A DNA stretch of 59,025 nt, counting the filler, from Piptocephalis cylindrospora (taxonomy: Eukaryota): the NCBI GenBank assembly GCA_003614145.1. It is 4 parts of 4 records of this genome, joined end to end, with 100 filler letters (N's around TTAATTAATTAA, not from the genome) between each part and the next. Parts side by side here need not be neighbours in the genome. Positions count along the whole stretch, not along the records: positions 1 to 14,791 come from KZ987913.1; positions 14,892 to 29,615 come from KZ987914.1; 2 more parts are not named here. One strand, given 5' to 3'. Under the pieces are notes generated by a model. It was not told the DNA's origin, did no database searches, and worked only from the letters and a program-made list of their open reading frames with translations. Below, piece after piece: positions 12,640-24,718 of the stretch. Position 1 is the stretch's first letter; the number at the start of each line of letters is the position of its first letter. The translations under genes and the position numbers were made by a program.

Positions 12640-14265
12640 TCATCTACCTCCCCCCTCATCCTCTTCCACTACCATACTGACCATGCCTCTTGCTATGCCC
12701 TGGTCCTCATTCACCTCTCCCTCTCCCTCCTCCTCTTCGGATACAGCATTGAATCTCTCCCGATGACGGGTCACCCGCTCTTCCCGCTGGCTTAGTCGAG
12801 TGAGCTTTTCCTGCCATGACTTTTGCTCCTCCTCACGGGCCCTAGACCTTTCCCGAAGAAGAGCCCTCCGTCTCTGGAGATCCGACATCTCATCCCGGGC
12901 CCCCCGTCGTGTTGGAGATCTCATACGACGAGGGGACCCAGCGCCGTCGGAGCCGGCCATTCCCGAGGAGGAAGATCGGGTGGGGGAAAGGACCCGTCGA
13001 GTCGTGCGAAAGGAGGCATGTGCAAGGTTATTAGCCCTTTCGCGCTTCAAAGAGGTCTCTAGATTTCGAATACGGCCCTCGAGTTCCGAAGACCTCTCCA
13101 GGGCCGAGATGAGATGGTACTCACTGGTCTCCACCACTGTACGAAGGGCGTCCGCTGTTGCCTTGGATGCCTCCAGTTCCCGTAGGAGACTCTGGTTCTG
13201 CACACGAATGTACCGGTACTTGAGGCGCAGTCGATCCATCGCATCCTCATTCTCTTCTTCTGAATCTGATTGACTTTGGAAAGTGGCTTCGGTGGACGCG
13301 ACTTGCCCTTCCCTGGGTTCAACCACCTCCGATGTCTGGAGAGCTGGGGAGATATCTTCCTCCTCCATCTCTACAGAACTGTCCGTACAATCCGAAGGAA
13401 TGAAATGGAAATCCTCCTGGGGCTCCTCGTCATAAATCACGCTCTCCTCAACATCCAGGTCTCCCTCCATAATGATCTCTCCTCCCATGAGACTCTCTCC
13501 TTCAATATCTTGATCCTCCTTTTCTAAAGAGATGACTCTAACGTCATCCTCATAGTTCAGGGAGTTTTTGATGGGGGAAAAGGAGCGGAAAGATGCATCT
13601 TTCCCATAGGGAAGCGACTCTACCTTCCCTTGGTCATCTCTAACTAATACAGAACCAAAATCATCCTCATTTTCCTTCATGATTGGAGCCGCAGGACTCG
13701 TTTCGTCCTCAGATTCAATAGGAGAATCAGGCAAGGAGGCAAAGGGAGAGGTGGGTGGGGAGGAGTGTTGGATAAGCGGAGGATCCTCCAGAGGAATCAT
13801 GGGGGGGCTGGATGCGTCAATCTGCCGAGGTAAATCCAACATCGTAGGCGGGACCGGCAATGTTGTAGCATGGGTGGAGGGGATGGAAGGGACAGGGGGT
13901 ACAGGAGTTTCAGAGGTGCATAAGGAGGTGGGGTTTTGGCCTGGGCAGTCCTTTATTCTATCCAATGCTGAACCCTCAGACTTGCTATGCACGACAAGGG
14001 GGACTCCAGTGGGGATTGGGGGTTCACCGGTCAGGTCTACTGAGGAAGGTCGTGTCCGACACGGGGGGGAGACCGGAGGTGGGGGGAGGTCCGGGACGGG
14101 CCCAGCAGGCGGAGACCGAGCTCGAAGGGACCCGGAGGAACTCTTCCTCGACATGGCCTCCAAGTACCTACGGGCCGCCTTACGCTGGGATGGAGTGCTG
14201 AGGGAGCCCTGGGAGGAGGGCTTGGCACAGGGGAAATTTTCAAGGGATGCTGGGCTGAATCTCAT
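12640..14265 (-). CDS. Low-complexity Pro/Ser-rich and acidic protein with C-terminal coiled coil, function unknown; true ends uncertain
   Basis: 545-codon ORF with heptad region RLRLKYRYIRVQNQSLLRELEASK..LEGRIRNLETSLKRER; may continue to 12357 past a homopolymer frameshift. Confidence 0.65.
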   Translation of the reverse strand: MRFSPASLENFPCAKPSSQGSLSTPSQRKAARRYLEAMSRKSSSGSLRARSPPAGPVPDLPPPPVSPPCRTRPSSVDLTGEPPIPTGVPLVVHSKSEGSALDRIKDCPGQNPTSLCTSETPVPPVPSIPSTHATTLPVPPTMLDLPRQIDASSPPMIPLEDPPLIQHSSPPTSPFASLPDSPIESEDETSPAAPIMKENEDDFGSVLVRDDQGKVESLPYGKDASFRSFSPIKNSLNYEDDVRVISLEKEDQDIEGESLMGGEIIMEGDLDVEESVIYDEEPQEDFHFIPSDCTDSSVEMEEEDISPALQTSEVVEPREGQVASTEATFQSQSDSEEENEDAMDRLRLKYRYIRVQNQSLLRELEASKATADALRTVVETSEYHLISALERSSELEGRIRNLETSLKRERANNLAHASFRTTRRVLSPTRSSSSGMAGSDGAGSPRRMRSPTRRGARDEMSDLQRRRALLRERSRAREEEQKSWQEKLTRLSQREERVTRHRERFNAVSEEEEGEGEVNEDQGIARGMVSMVVEEDEGGGR

Positions 14266-14791
14266 CTTGATGTTCACGGGCGCAGTGGGGATATATATGA
14301 CTATACAGACCAGCTGAGTGCGGGATGGGATGAGGTGGAGGGAAAGCTTGGTTGATGGGTATCAGAGGAGGGGATGAATAGGAAAGACGTTTAGTGGAGG
14401 TTGGTTGCTGGGCCAAGGAAAAGGAATGGACAGGGATGCATTCAGTGGAGGTTACTGAGCCAAGGAGGGGAAGGATGAACAGACAACGTTCCCTGACAGC
14501 TTGGATTCGTCCCGTCTGTCCCCATTCTTTTTCCCCTATCGAGTGTCATGGGGAAGTGGCATGAGCAGGGCTGGACGAGGGTAAAAAAGCGGAGTGGATA
14601 CGCCAAGCGGAGTATGCACGGTTTTTAGTGGGGGGCGGGACATCTGGTTGGTCCCTCTAGGCAAGGCTTCATACACTAGACGGGTCAAAGTCTCAGCTAG
14701 TCCAGGGTTTAAAGGGCGAAGCCGTACCTTAAAAGGTGCTATTATTACCATTAAAAATGTGAGCAGCGCCTGGACAATTTTCACATCATTG

Positions 14792-14891
14792 NNNNNNNNN
14801 NNNNNNNNNNNNNNNNNNNNNNNNNNNNNNNNNNNTTAATTAATTAANNNNNNNNNNNNNNNNNNNNNNNNNNNNNNNNNNNNNNNNNNNN
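14792..14891. other. Artificial contig spacer (N44-TTAATTAATTAA-N44)
   Basis: Identical 100-nt construct occurs three times; the core gives stops in all six frames. Confidence 0.97.
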
Positions 14892-16978
14892 TGGGGGGTG
14901 GGGAAGGAGGAAAAATGGAAATAAGTAGGGAGGCGCATGTGGAAAGAGAGGAGAGGAGGGGGAGAGGTAAGTGAGAGGTGAGAAGTAGAAAGGGGGGGGG
15001 GGGGGGGGGGGGGGGGGGTAATTCGTAGGAAAAAAAGAAGGAAAGATGAGATACAGAAAGGAAGAAGGGATACACACAGAAGCTGGATGGAGGGGAGGGA
15101 GATCAAAAGGAGCGCTGGAGTAGAGGGAGAAGGATGTACCAAATACCAAATGGATCAAGGGTGCTGGAAGAGGTAGGTGGGTACAGCGAAGACGGGAGGC
15201 AAGGTCAAGACTGGTCCAACCAAGTCAAGAAAGCAATGATGGATGGGAAGGAAGGAGGGAGGGGGGGCACGACGGAGGGTGGATGGAAGGGAAGGGAGAA
15301 AGGTAATGATGATGATTAGGCCTTGAGGGTGAATGAGGGTCAAGTAAAGGGGGAGGGGACGGGAGATGGTCCTCGGAAGAGCTCAAGATAGGGTGTCTCT
15401 TTATACGTAACAGAATGTCCACGTGTGGGGGGATGACCGGCCAAGGTCAGGAGATCCCGATGGAATGGTTTGAGGGACGACGACTAGGGCTATTCCTTGG
15501 CTATCTAGCTCATAGAGAGAGTGGCTGGGGGACGCACCAAGTTTGTGTGGGAATGGGCGGGCAGGAGAGACGAAGAGAGGGGGAGGCTTTGGCCCAGCCC
15601 CTCGACCCAGAAGAGCAGGATACACTGGTTCATCCAGGGTGTGTGTCGGATGATGGTAGGGAAGGCGTGCACTAGGTGGCTATATGCCATGAAGGGGGGG
15701 GGCAGGCATCCTTGAGCCCATATCGGAGAGCGACGGTGAGGGGTCAGGTAGCAAGATACTGGACATGAATGCATGTCTATGTATGCCTGGGGGATAAGTA
15801 AGAGGGGGTGGGCGAGGATGGTCCATTGCCTCCCGCCCCATACCACCGCTGTCGTCCCCATCCTCTCCATTCCTACAATGCATTTCTTGGAAAGCGCCAT
15901 TATCCCCTTGTCTGATCACGCTGCCATCTCATCTCATCTCCCTCCCCTCACTCTCCCCCATGAACCATCGATGTCCTTGGGGAAGGAAGGGGAACAGAGG
16001 AGTAGGGGCCTCCCCCCTTCCCACACTTGCGGTTCCAATGGTTCGAGTTGGAGGAGGAGGATGGTATGGAATGTCGTGCTTGGGAGGAAATGCGTGTGGT
16101 ACTCGTCCCATGCACACTGTACAATGGAAGGGGTACATTTGGCCAGGTCCGGACAGTGCGAGAAGCGCCGGCCTTTCCACAGCAGCATCGTCCTCCCCGC
16201 TCAGGAAGGGCATGATGGGCCCGGTCAGTCACTATAAAGCCATGATAGGCCAGGTGCCGGCCTTACTGGGCCGCCTGGGACAGTAGGAGCAGCCAAGGTG
16301 GTCAGGGAGGTTGACAGGGGAGATATGGGGGAAAACACCTGATCATGTTCCTATCAGCGTGTACCATCGGAGTAAGCACGCGCCTCCCCTTTGCCCATCC
16401 TCCTGTACACCCACCGTCGTCTCTGCCCCTCGCCGCCGTCCAAGTCTAGCCCTGCGCAGTGGCTGGCCTTGTACATTCTATCTTACTCTGTCCTGGTCCA
16501 CCTCAGCATACCATTCACTATTCTACCGGGGCTACGCGAACCAATCCCAAAGGTGCACGGGGCTAAACCACGTGATGACTACGTTGAATGGGAGGGGGGA
16601 GAAGAGACCTGGAGAGAGGTGCGGATCTGCGTCGATGTGTACGTAGGGTTTTGTGTATTTCCTTGCCGCTCCATTGCTGGGTGAGAGGACCAGGTCTTTG
16701 ACCCTGTCAGTCCGAAGCGATATCGGAGATCCAGTCCAGCCGCTGGATACTGCTAGAATATCTCGGCCCAAGCGGGGCTCGTCTCCACCCATCTATTCCA
16801 GGAGAGGGTGGCTTGCTATTTTAAACCCATCGTGGAAGGTCGTGGAGGATCCTTCTCTTGCTCTCCTTTCTTTCTTTCTCATCTAGAGGGCTCAGGGGTG
16901 GATGGTGGCTTCCCTAGCGATCAAGTAGGGTTGACGGATCCAGTTAGGGATAGACTATAATGATGCTCAGTCTAGCCA

Positions 16979-16995
16979 TCATCATCATCGTCGTC

Positions 16996-17028
<33 letters not shown>
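16979..17028 (+). repeat. Compound trinucleotide microsatellite (ATC/GTC/ATT)n
   Basis: atcatcatcgtcgtcgtattattatt... read directly. Confidence 0.9.
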
Positions 17029-17029
<1 letters not shown>

Positions 17030-18705
17030 GACTGCTATTCATCAACCTGCTACCACCATCACTCCTTTGCGGCCGAAGGAAGGAAAGAGACATGCTTTCT
17101 ACAAAGTGCACCAGCTGACCTTGAGTGTGGTTTCATACCAAGTAGGAGGAGGAAACTAGGGCCCCTTGCTCCTCTCCTCACACTTCACTTGGAGGACAAG
17201 GGGTGACACGGAGATTCGAACGGTCTAAATGATACGACAAGAGCTTAAAGGGTCTCCATCCTGAAGGCAATCGTAGAAAACGTGACCTTTCATACCATGA
17301 CGGGCCCACAGTATAGCCGATCATCCCTTATTGAAACACTGTGGAATTCAATACGAAGAGTCATAAAAAGGGTCACGATGATGATTTCTTTCTCCATTCC
17401 TTTCCACAAAGGGGGCGGTATCCGTCAACAACAGCAACAACCAAAATCTACACACTGACCATTCCATGAAGCTTTGTCCAAGAGCAGCACGAGGAGGCCC
17501 GGCCCATCAGGGAGGATGGATTCGCCCTTCGTTGTCTTTGCCATCCATCTGACGTAGCTTTCCTGCTAAAAAAGGAATGATCTCAGTCGATCTTCTTTGA
17601 CAAGGTCCTCCCCATCCTTTTAAAATCCATTGATCTCGCTCAAGTCATTGTTGTTCAATCCATCAACGCTCTCCCTCCTGCCCAATTCAGCCCTCCCTCG
17701 TCCACGCCCTTCTTCCCCATCCCTTTGCCAAGACAAACAGACACACAAAGGCCCCTTTCCCACCACCCGCCCCGCCTGAAACTACAGATCCTCCCCGCCA
17801 CCAAGGGCAGGAGCGGCCAGGCGGAGATTCACACACCTCCCATTCTATGTGCCTCCCTCTATGCACAGCCCAAAACGCCGGGTTTCCAACTCCGAATTTG
17901 ACTGTTCTCTCCTCTTTCGCCATCTCTCTCTTCTCCCCCCTCTCTTTCCCCTCTCCCACCCGCCACCACAACACAAGGGCCCGCACCCCCACTCTTTTTT
18001 TTTTCCCCCCCCCCCCCCCCCCCCCCCGACTGATCCTCATTGTACCACGTATTCTCCCTTCCTGATTGCCGGTCCTCATGGTCTTTTTTCCGGGTTGCAT
18101 CCCATCCCCGATAATGAGAGTAGTAGTAAGGAGAATATCGATTCCTTTTCATGACGCTCTCTCGCTCGAAACCCTTTTCCTTAAATAGATCGTCTTGGTC
18201 CATGAGCAATCCTACCCTACTTGAATCATCCGTCCCATTCATCCGTCCTGTCCCTACCCCCATCCATCCATCCTTTTTCCCTTGCGCTTCTTTACCTTGC
18301 GTCTCTCGTGCGTCGCCTCTCCCATCCCTGCCCTCCTCTTCTCCTCCCCCCTGGTTGCACAGGAGATCCTATCCTCTATACACACCAGTGTCCCGGAGAC
18401 CATTTCACCTACCCCTACCGTTTCCCGGCGTCTCGATCCCTCCCATTCCCCCCATCCATCCGCATCGCCTCCCCTCTTCCGCTTTCACTATTTTTGACAT
18501 TTGACTCTCCCTGCAGGACAGTGTAGGTCACTCCATTCTACTTTTTCCTCCCTTTTCCACCTCTCTCTTTATCCCACCCTTCCCATCGCCCTCTCCATCC
18601 CTCCTCGCCATCCCTCCTTCATCGACCATTACTTTCTCATTTCCCATCGCTTACTCCTCCTCCCTCCTTCTCCATCACCCCTTGTTTCCTCCTCTCTTAC
18701 CCTCA

Positions 18706-19855
18706 ATGACGGTCATTTATCTTACCCCAGCCACCATCAGCAAAATGATCCCGGTCAAGGGGCTGAGCCTGACCGATAGGGCCGTCGACACGATCAACGG
18801 TCTACTCGACCACATTCTGCACTCCCTAATCCATGCCCTTCCCCCCCACACCATCCCTACCTCAGCCCACTTGCACTCCACCCTCCTCTCCCTTCTTCCC
18901 CCCCCCCTCGCCCCAGACCAATGGGCTCTACCGACAGCTCCAGGCTACCCTCTCTTTCCACATGCAACCCTTGGATGACGAGATGGATGATGAGGACGTC
19001 GTCCTGGAGGAGGTGGAGGATCTGAATGACCATCCTGTGGTCGACAGGCCCTCCCATATCCACGGCACCAACAGGCACTCCCGTGGATCCAGTGTCAAGA
19101 TGATCGGCAAGATCTTCCCATGGATCTCTTCCTCCTCCTCCTCCTCCTCTTCCTCCTCCGCCTCCACCTCCGCCTCTGCCACAACAAGACCCCGATCCCA
19201 CTCTCTCCCCTCGCTGGCCCGGGAGGTCCTAGAGGACCGCGTGTATCTCTACTCCCTGTTCCAGCGGGCTTGTGTCCATCAGACCTCCCAGGTCCCCGTC
19301 CCATCCACCCTTCCCCAGAGCGCCGTATCCATGGTCAGGAGGATCCTCCACCGCATCGCCTCCTACCTCCTCGTCAGGGCCACTGACATTGCCCGGTCCG
19401 GGAACCGTCGATCTCTCAACGCCAACATCCTGCTTCTGGCGCTGGATAGTGATGTCGATCTCGAAGTCCTACTGCGCATCTCCTCCTACACCCCCACCCT
19501 CCTAGGCACGGTTCAGGAGGAAACCATCAGCATTCATGAGCATCGAAGGTCCAGTCGTACCGCCTCCATCACCTCCCAGCTTGGCCATCTCCTCCGTCCC
19601 ACCCACACCTCCTTCCCCGACCCTTCCTCCCTTCATCCCACCCTGCCCATGGCCAACAAGGTCGAATCCCTCCCACCCAAGCTGGCCATCTTATCCGGCG
19701 TTGACCTCCACACGACCAGTCCCTTGAACCGCCCCAGGTCCGTTCACCCCTCCCCCCCCAAAGTCACCCATCGTCAAGGAAAACGCATTCGATATGCCGC
19801 TCCCCTGCGTCATCGCACGCCCAGCGAACAGCCACTTTTGCTCTCTGTCGAGTAG
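18706..19855 (+). CDS. Putative tandem histone-fold-like protein, frameshifted at a poly-C run near 18898-18907
   Basis: Overlapping ORFs 18682..18978 and 18833..19855 switch frame at a C run; H2B-like and H2A-like helical patterns. Confidence 0.5.
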
Positions 19856-20697
19856 GGAACCCCCAGGCAACAATATGGCACGAGCATTGGACTCCATTGC
19901 ATGGCTGGATGGGTCATGGCCCTTGACGGGTCTTCCCCAGTGAGTGCTCCAGAGGGAGAGGCCGCTTGATGCGTCCATCCCCATCTCACTTTCCGTGCGT
20001 GTATGTCTCTCCCAACCCCCCTTTATTCCTTATAATGCAATACACTGATTTGTGTATGCTATGATGTGATCCCCTGGCGAGGAGGATTGTATAGTGTGGT
20101 CGGCTTTTAGCCTTGTTCCCCAGGGTTGATATCCTCCTCTCCGGATGGATTCGTTTTGTGTCTACCCTGCCCATCGACTGCCTACTCCTCCCATACTGCA
20201 TCCCTGTATCTCCCCCGAGTCCAGAACCCTTTGGCTCTTTGGGAAAGATAGAGGGCTTTGTATCTTCATCATCAGGTGACTGTCATTTATTTTCCTACAC
20301 AGCCTCTAAATGCCGAACTTATACCCGCGCTTTAGCGTGCGTGTACATGTGTATTTGGAGGGGCAGGGAGCGCTAGGGTGTGCGACCTCCCTCCTCAAAA
20401 GAGCAAGACCCACACTGCGCCCACACACACTGTCTCTGAGCCCCCCCCCCCCATTCTCACCTTAAAATGCCCAATTCAGCACGTCAAGGTGTGTCCCAAG
20501 CATCTGATGGAGTTGAAATTGGCTAGGACTTGCTACCATCTTTCACCCTCTCTTTGCTACTGACTCTTTGTTGCCCCGAACTCCCCCTATCCTTCCTCTT
20601 CCCGGGTAGATACCACCCTTCTTCTCATCTCGAACTCTCCCTCCCCCTACCGTCATCTCATTCCTATTGGCTCGCACGGAAAGTACATCTGGAAACC

Positions 20698-22642
20698 ATG
20701 GTGAAAAGGTTCCATCCCCCTGCGAAAATCGACAAGCTGCGACGTCGGCTAGACGAGGAGGATAAGCGTCTCTCCAGAGAATGGTCCATCCTTAACGCCC
20801 TTTACGCCGGCCTGGACCAGACGTCCGGGGACTCTGGATCTCCTGTCATCAGACACGTTCTTGAGATTATCGAGGACCTGGACTCGCGCTCCTGGCCACC
20901 CGGCTGGTCCACTAAACCCTTGACAGCGTGGCTTCAAAAGCCCTACCTCCGCGACTGGCTTATTGTTCGTACTCAGGCCCCATACCCTCCTGGTGTTCGT
21001 CAAGGCCGTCGGCCTCCTTTACCCCCCATGCACTGGTCTGTCCAATTCACCGGCGTTCCCCTGGACCAGGAAAAATTCCGAAAGGCTGCTTCCCATCCCA
21101 ATGACGTCTTGGATCGTCTAAAAGCCACGCGCGCCATGGAGCCCATGGTGGCCGGTCGACCTTATGCTATCCCCCGGCCTATCGATCCTTCGTCCATCTC
21201 GCCAGGCATCCATCATCAAATCAAAGCTCAAGTCGTCCGCTTTATACAGGTCAGTTTGTTCAATAAGTCTCTTGAAGGAAAAATAAAATTTTCCAACACC
21301 TTCTCCCCCCATAGGAGACCAGTATGACCCCAGAGGAAGAGCAGGCCCGTGCGAACTTTCTTCAGGATATGCAAGGGATTCTTTCGGGAGGAGCGGGAAT
21401 CACCCAGACCACCATCGTTGCATTTGGGTAAGCGACCATTGGATCCAGATAGCACTTTCACAGCCATCATCATTCTAATTTGAACCCTATCTCCATAGCT
21501 CCTCGGCAAATGGGATTTCTAGCAAAACAAGCGACATGGACCTGTGTGTCCAGATGGATTATCTGACTCATATGGACATGGAGGTACTGGAGGGTCGTCG
21601 GTCCGCCGAGAGCGTCAAGCAGTTCCGAGGACATCTTGTCACGGAAGCTGCTCGTCTCCTGCGTTCCCGTAAGTCTTGAGAATGTTGCGCTCGGGGAGTG
21701 TGGTGTAGGTTCTAATAGCAATTCTCCGTCATGGCGCGCTCCCACAGGGAAATTCCTCAAAATTGTACCTATTCGGCACTCTACCGTTCCTATCGTCAAA
21801 TTTGTCCATCCAACCTAGTACGTGGCTCTTTTAGAGGCGCCCTTTCTCCTTGTTTATCCTCTTTCCCTAACCCCAATCCTCGTAGTAATTTGGAGGGTGA
21901 TATCTGCTTTGGAGCTTCTATTTCCTTAGTCAACACGGAACTCTTCGCCACTTACACCCAGACCAACCCACACGTCCGACCCTTACTCATGGTGGTTAAG
22001 AAGTGGGCCAAGGCTCGAGGGATCAGCGATGCCCCTCTAGACACTCTCAACTCTTACACCTACTGCCTTATGATGTTTTACTATCTTCAAATCCATGGGG
22101 TCATCCCACCCCTGCAGCAGCTATGTTGCTCCAAGTTCCTCCGCCTCCCCATCACCCCTGCCTCCCCCCCTATGGTCGGAAAGTGCCTTGCGTGTGGTCA
22201 GCTGCTACCCTCAGATCCCCAGTACGGGTACGAAGCTCATTTTCTACGGGGGTGGCATGGTCGACCACGCAAGGCATCCCTCGCTACCCTCCTCCTCGGC
22301 TTCTTCCACTTTTACGCCTTTGAATTTGACTATACCCGGAATGTGGTAAGCCCTAGGTTGGGTCAACCCCTAAGTCGGGTGGATAAGGGATGGACCCGGA
22401 AAACTCAGGCAGGTCGATCGATGCTGTGTGTTGAGGATCCATTTATCTTGGAGAAGAACACAGCACGTACGGCCAGTGCCGTCAGTATCCATGGGATTCG
22501 ATGGGAATTTGAACGGGCTTGGAGGTGTCTTACCGAAGGTCAAGGGCTCCCTGATCTCCTTCTCCCATGGCGACAGCAATCCCCCTTAGCCACCTTACTT
22601 CAAGGGATGGTGCGGCCCTTTGACGATTTGCCCCGTGTCTAA
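20698..22642 (+). CDS. Cid1/TUTase/GLD2-family terminal nucleotidyltransferase with PAP-associated domain; spliced
   Basis: Spliced G|SSANGISSKTSDMDLCV (GS..DxD), VPIVKF, GDICF..NT, VKKWAKARGI, TLNSYTYCLM, LLLGFFHFYAFEFDY, LCVEDPF..NTAR. Confidence 0.9.
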
Positions 22643-22842
22643 GATGGAATGATTGTGTATTTGACAAGAGATCCTCTGGTGTGCCAAGGGAGAGAGAGAT
22701 GGGCGAAGGTCTCCAGAGCATTTTTTTCTCCATCTTATCAACAAAAAGATACTTGTTTATGGTTTTCAGCAAAACCAAGTGTATTCTTCCACTACACTTT
22801 AGAAAGCGTTCATCCAACTTGCGCTCCCAATGCACGCCAAGA

Positions 22843-24718
22843 TTACATGAGATGCCAGAGAAAGAGGGCCCAGCTGGCCAGGAGAGCGGTGAGACATAGA
22901 ATAATGGCCACCCAGCTCCACCAGTGACCGCCCTCCTCTTCCTCATCGTCATCATCCGAATCTTGGGATTGTGGAACATCCAGATGGCCTCGAGTATCAG
23001 ACCAGGCCATAAAGACGGTGGTAAGAATACCGATGAACCCGATGACCAAATACATGATGAGGACCCGATCGTAGCTCCCACCACTCCTGTCTTGCAAGAG
23101 ACCATTGATAATTTCAAAAACGGTGACAGCGACATTCTGAACGGACTTGTTCAATCCAAGGCCAGTTCCCACAACCAATCTTCGTAGGAGTAATGGGATC
23201 CCCGAGGTAAGGGCAACAGGGCCGATAGTAAGGGAGAGTGAGAAGATGAGCATGGGAATGGCCGGGGGCACATGGGTGAAGAGAAGAAAAGCCATTGAGA
23301 TGATGAAAGAGACAGCAGCAATTCCGACTAGAAGGGAGAGGCGGTAAGAGGAGGAGCACGTCCCAAAAATACATTGAATGTACTTACGGATCAAGGATCG
23401 ACGGCCGTACCGCTCATGCCACCAGCCCATGAAAGGGGCAATAAAGATCGGGAGAACCTGGGCGATGGAGGCAATGCGGGCTGATCCTTCATCAGTCCCT
23501 CCGTACTTGAGCTTGATCAATTCACTAGGAGGTAAAAGATGTAAGTTTTCATCTCAATGTGAGAAAGGCCACTTGAATGTGTCTCAACGATGCACAATTA
23601 GCTCTATAAGGGTTACCTGTTGATGTGCAGAAAAGTGGTCCAACTAGCGGCAACGGTGAAACTAAAGGCAAGGACCCACCAGTAGGATGGGGGGAAAGAA
23701 AGGATCTGGGAAGGATGAAAGCTCTTTTTCTTGGAGAGGATCGCTCGATCCCTTTCAGCGACACCACGTCTAACCATGCGCATGAGAATGGTGTAGATGA
23801 CAGTGATGAGACAAGAGAGGACACATATACCAGCGGAGAACTAGATAAAAAGTAGTATGAGGTAAGTGTGGCCTTTTATCTCGATATCTCCACTCAAGCA
23901 CTAAAGCCTTACCCAAAAAGCGTATCCGTACCATCCGGTCCACCGCATGATAGGGACCACAGTAGCCATTGATAGGTAGGATGCCTATGGGATAGATAAA
24001 TAATAAGAGGAAGAAGTGTAGATATCACAAAGAGGACCAAAGACTCACCAAACGCGAAACGGCAATTTGAAGACCCATGGCCCACGAAAGTCCACCACCT
24101 TTGAACCAATGGGTCAGGATGGTACCCTGGACAATGACGATAGATCCACTACCAAGTCCGTAGAGCACACGACCAAAGATCATTATGGGAAAGCTCCGGA
24201 CGGAGACTGAAAGGGCAACGAGGATATTACCTCCAGCAATAAAAACCGTGGCGAGGATCGATCCTAGGGAGGTTCCAAAGATATCGACGAACAGACCACC
24301 CAAAATGGGAAGGATAGTATTGACAACAGATACGGAGGATTGCAGGACACCGTACTGAGCATTACTAATCCCCAGATCCTCCTTGACTATAGCTTTAAGG
24401 GTCCCTAGTGTATGTGCAGCGTAATGGCTTCCAACTGGGGAGGAGAGAAGGTGAGTAAGAAGGGAAACATTCATCCACCGCGATGAACCACAACATACCA
24501 GCAAGAAGAAGGGCACATGCCAAGGCAATGGCACGATATTCCCAGGGATAGTCATCATCCCCATCCGAGCTAACCTGAGTCTCCTGGCTTCCTGAGGTGG
24601 TGGTGGACTCGGGCGATTCTTCCAAATGGTATCGTGGCCGATTCTGGGGAGAATCCAAAAGAGGCTCCTCCTCCCAGAACCTATCACGCGTTGTTTGGCC
24701 TGGCTTGGCGTTGGACAT
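22843..24718 (-). CDS. Major facilitator superfamily transporter, MFSD1-like (lysosomal/vacuolar); spliced
   Basis: GSHYAAH..QYGVLQSSVSVVNTILPILGGLFVDIFG, GRVLYGLG, THWFKG; many TM segments; N-terminal acidic dileucine motif EEEPLL. Confidence 0.85.

Noticed and set aside
14892..18500. Many overlapping short ORFs
   Set aside because: Low-complexity purine/pyrimidine tracts and homopolymers; no recognisable domains or consistent splice pattern
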